A stretch of 61,739 bases of DNA, counting the filler, from Chiloscyllium plagiosum (lineage: Eukaryota), in assembly GCF_004010195.1 (NCBI RefSeq). It is 3 parts of one record of this genome, joined end to end, with 100 filler letters (N's around TTAATTAATTAA, not from the genome) between each part and the next. Parts side by side here need not be neighbours in the genome. Positions count along the whole stretch, not along the records: positions 56,441 to 61,739 come from NC_057714.1; 2 more parts are not named here. One strand, given 5' to 3'. Below the pieces are notes generated by a model. The model did not search any database. It was not told the origin of the DNA and saw nothing but the letters and a program-made list of their open reading frames with translations. Numbering within the stretch: position 1 is the stretch's first letter; every line of letters starts with the position of its first letter. This document shows positions 58,783-61,739 of the stretch, piece after piece. Both the position numbers and the translations under genes were made by a program.

Positions 58783-61146
58783 CCCATTTGTTTATAACTC
58801 ATAGTTTTGTTTGTCCATGTTAAAAATTGATTTCTTGGTAATAAATAATATTTTCTTGTTGAATACAAAAACCTGGTCGGTTTTTTTCTGTAATCCTGGG
58901 TTCATCAGATAAAAACTGGGGAGTTTGAGTATTTTTAAATCTTTTGTGATAATCTGGGAATGATGGGGCTTGAGTATCAGCACATTTCCCCAAGTGGATC
59001 ATGGTATTTCATGACACTGGCATTCCAAAGCTGCCTTATTTGGTCAAGGGTGGAATCTGAACATGTCGAAGGGACACGTCTCATATTTGTCTAAATGATT
59101 CTGTTTAACCTTGGATTGTTTCAGTCTGTGTCCAGCCCTCTGCCTGTATGATATATATCATCATCCCCATCAGGAGGTGCCAGGGATTAATGTCTGCATT
59201 GAGAACCTGCTGCAGCATGTAGAGGAATAAGGTGTAAATGGAGTAATGGGTCCAGCTGGCACTATTCCCCATATCTTCTAACATCCCTATTCATTCCCTG
59301 GCCTCTGTATCCAAAGGTGTTGGTGTGAATGAGTTGATCAGTGATATTTGGGACAGGGAGGAGCATGTCAAATGGATAGTCAGGGATTCGGGACTCATCA
59401 GGCTAGTGTCCTGTACAGTGCATGGGTCTATGTGTAATGATGTCTCCCTTTTCACTGCTGGGTCTTGCAGCCTCATTTTCAGGTTGAGCTGCCTAATCTG
59501 CCCACTCTGTGTGTGGTCACTGTTGCTTTATTTTCCCATTGTGTACTTTCAATTTCCAACATGGTGGAAGGAGAAGTGTTCTTCAGCCAGTAGCTTCCAG
59601 GCTCCATCTCTGTGTATTGGTGAAGTTTGCAAAATACATGTTCCTTTACTGATTGCTCATAATCTTCGACCTCCCCATCCAATCCTTCTACATGAGGTTC
59701 TGTCTGTGACCTTTCTCCCAAACCCCTCCCTGAGGGCCTGGCATATGAAGTGACCATTTCAGGTATGATCATACATTGTTCCTGCCCCTTGAAGTTAAGA
59801 TGCTCCTTATCATTGATGAATCCTTCTCCTGGATGACCTATTTCCCAGCCATGCTTCACCATCTCCCACCCTTACCATTGTCTCCATGCACAAGTGTTAT
59901 CCCCCTTTCCCCCAGCTCCCAGTCCAATGACTAGGTTGCCATGTCTCCTCGCAGCAGTAACTCCCATTGTTCCCCCTTGTCCCCTGCACCACCTTTGCTT
60001 CTGTTGGTGGACTTGATGGACTGACCATGGATTGGCTATATTGAGGGACCTGAGCAGACAGTCCTGACGAGAAGTGCTCAGGCCTGTGACTGATGTCGGC
60101 ACATCTCCCTGACAATGTTGGCCCTGCTCCTTTGATTTCCCACAATGGAGCCACAGAACTGACTGAGCCCACTCCCCAGACTGCAGAGGCAGAGAGCCCC
60201 TGCCCAACAGCAACCTGACTGGGTGCCTGACTATGGCCACTCCACTGGACAGATATGGGAGGCTGCCCTTGACCTCCTGTGTCAGGGCCTCTTTCATGGA
60301 CTTTGGTGCAGATTACTCTCGTGAGACTTAGAGGCATAGCTGCTGCTTACTGCACACGCTGTATGCTTCCCTTTAAGCTCTGGCACATGATACAGGTGCA
60401 AGAGTGACATAACACACTGCTGTACAGCAAGATATACAGCCCCATGAGTGAGGATTGCTGAACAGCATGAGAAGCTGCCTGGTTGAGTGACTGTACAAAG
60501 CAGGGCAGGGAAGGTGTGAGCATGTAGGCAGGTGCTCAGTCATTGTGCGCTAAGAGAGGAATGGAGAAGCCCCAAGATAGAGTTTGGTTTAATCATGACA
60601 TGGGTCCCTGTCGATGTTCTCTGTAAGCAGTATTGCTGCATGGTCATTGGGAGGATCACTGAGCAATGATCATTGATCACTGTGCCAATGTATTGGTTTC
60701 CGCATATGGAAACCAGTGCCATGTACAGATCTCAGAGGTCTACACAGCATAAAACTCCTTTAATAGCAACTTTGATGCCTGACCATGCATGCAAAGTGCC
60801 CTTACAGCAGCCTTTAAGTGCTAATTGCACCTTACAATGCACGTCTGGGATTGCTGAGTGGTCTGCAATTAGATCAGAGAGGTGCCATGATGGCAGTGAA
60901 CAGTTTGCAGGTGTTAGATGCCAACGTTTATGGGCAAGAGATACGTGTAGCTGTTGCCCATGGATCATGCCTTGAGATACTGTTTGATGCTGAATAACAG
61001 AGAGGTTGGTTGCAGCCAGGAGGGAGCTGAGGTCATTAGGTACCACATGGACTTCCATGTTGTGATTGCTTGATGTCTAACTTGTTAGGTACATTTAGTA
61101 AGAGAGGAAGTGGAATTTTATTGAGGATAGTTGCAGTGTTAATAAG

Positions 61147-61739
61147 GCTGTGGTTCTGTTCGCCGAGCTGGAAGTTTTTGTTGCAAACGTTTCGTTCCCT
61201 GTTTAGGTGACATCCTCAGTGATTGGGAACCTCCTGTGAAGCGATTCTGTGGTGTTTCCTCTGGCATTTATAGTGGCCTGTCCCTGCCGCTTCTGGTTGT
61301 CAGTTTCAGCTGTCCGCTGTAATGGCCGGTATATTGGGTCCAGGTCTATGTGTTTGTTGATGGAGTTTGTGGATGAGTGCCAAGCTTCTAGGAATTCCCT
61401 GGCTGTTCTTTGTTTCGCTTGCCCTATAATGGTAGTGTTGTCCCAGTCAAATTCATGTTGCTTGTCGTCTGACGACAAGCAACATGAATTTGACAACACT
61501 ACCATTATAGGGCAAGCGAAACAAAGAACAGCCAGGGAATTCCTAGAAACTTGGCACTCATCCACAAACTCCATCAACAAACACATAGACCGGGACCCAA
61601 TATACCGGCCACTACAGCGAACAGCTGAAACTGACAACCGGAAGCGACAGGGACAGGCCACTATAAATGCCGGAAGAAACACCACAGAAGCGCTTCACAG
61701 GAGGCTCCCAAGCACTAAGGATGTCACCTAGACAGGGGA
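61147..61739. mobile_element. Palindromic PLE family C (Poseidon-like) centred on 61470; right arm runs off the window
   Basis: GIY-YIG C-terminus FDWDNTTIIGQAKQRTAREFLEAWHS..SINKHIDLDPIY on both strands. 1-nt spacer. Confidence 0.9.
61182..61223 (-). ncRNA. Minimal hammerhead ribozyme motif (family C)
   Basis: ca-CUGAGGA-U-[GUCACCU AAAC AGGGAAC]-GAA-ACGU-U-ugc. The + strand mirror at ~61715 has CUGA mutated to CUAA. Confidence 0.65.

Noticed and set aside
59325..61058. Dense cluster of overlapping 100-146 aa ORFs
   Set aside because: Higher-GC decayed repeat, possibly a Harbinger relic; ORFs on both strands with no coherent product.
61203..61731. Two near-identical 160-aa ORFs on opposite strands
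   Set aside because: Product of the PLE palindrome; each is half antisense and half GIY-YIG tail.

Overview
Repeat-rich eukaryotic DNA from a cartilaginous fish, most likely a bamboo or carpet shark. This is inferred from HE1-type SINEs, HER1-like CR1 LINEs and Deu-type SINE relics. The window is mostly intronic or intergenic. It holds many decayed CR1 LINEs (one with an intact 5' end), an L1 with a 12-bp TSD and an internal deletion, several SINE families, a Tigger-like MITE and a probable solo LTR. It also holds at least 15 Penelope-like element (PLE) insertions from three or four families. Nearly all listed ORFs are TE debris. Two unidentified candidate host exons are present: a minus-strand terminal exon at 7593-7760 and a plus-strand 96-nt exon at 53794-53889. 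Four signals stand out. (1) A 170-bp ungapped inverted repeat (10600-10769 / 13011-13180) is only 58% identical but ~92% paired on the + strand, because almost all differences are G.U wobbles. (2) Three PLE families carry minimal hammerhead ribozyme cores with covarying stem II and palindromic, loop-less stem III. (3) Palindromic PLE insertions have 11-15 bp TSDs and two discrete 3' ends ~35 nt apart. (4) There are locally templated duplications. Two 100-bp N/TTAATTAATTAA spacers are artificial. All counts and alignments were done by hand; no database searches were run.
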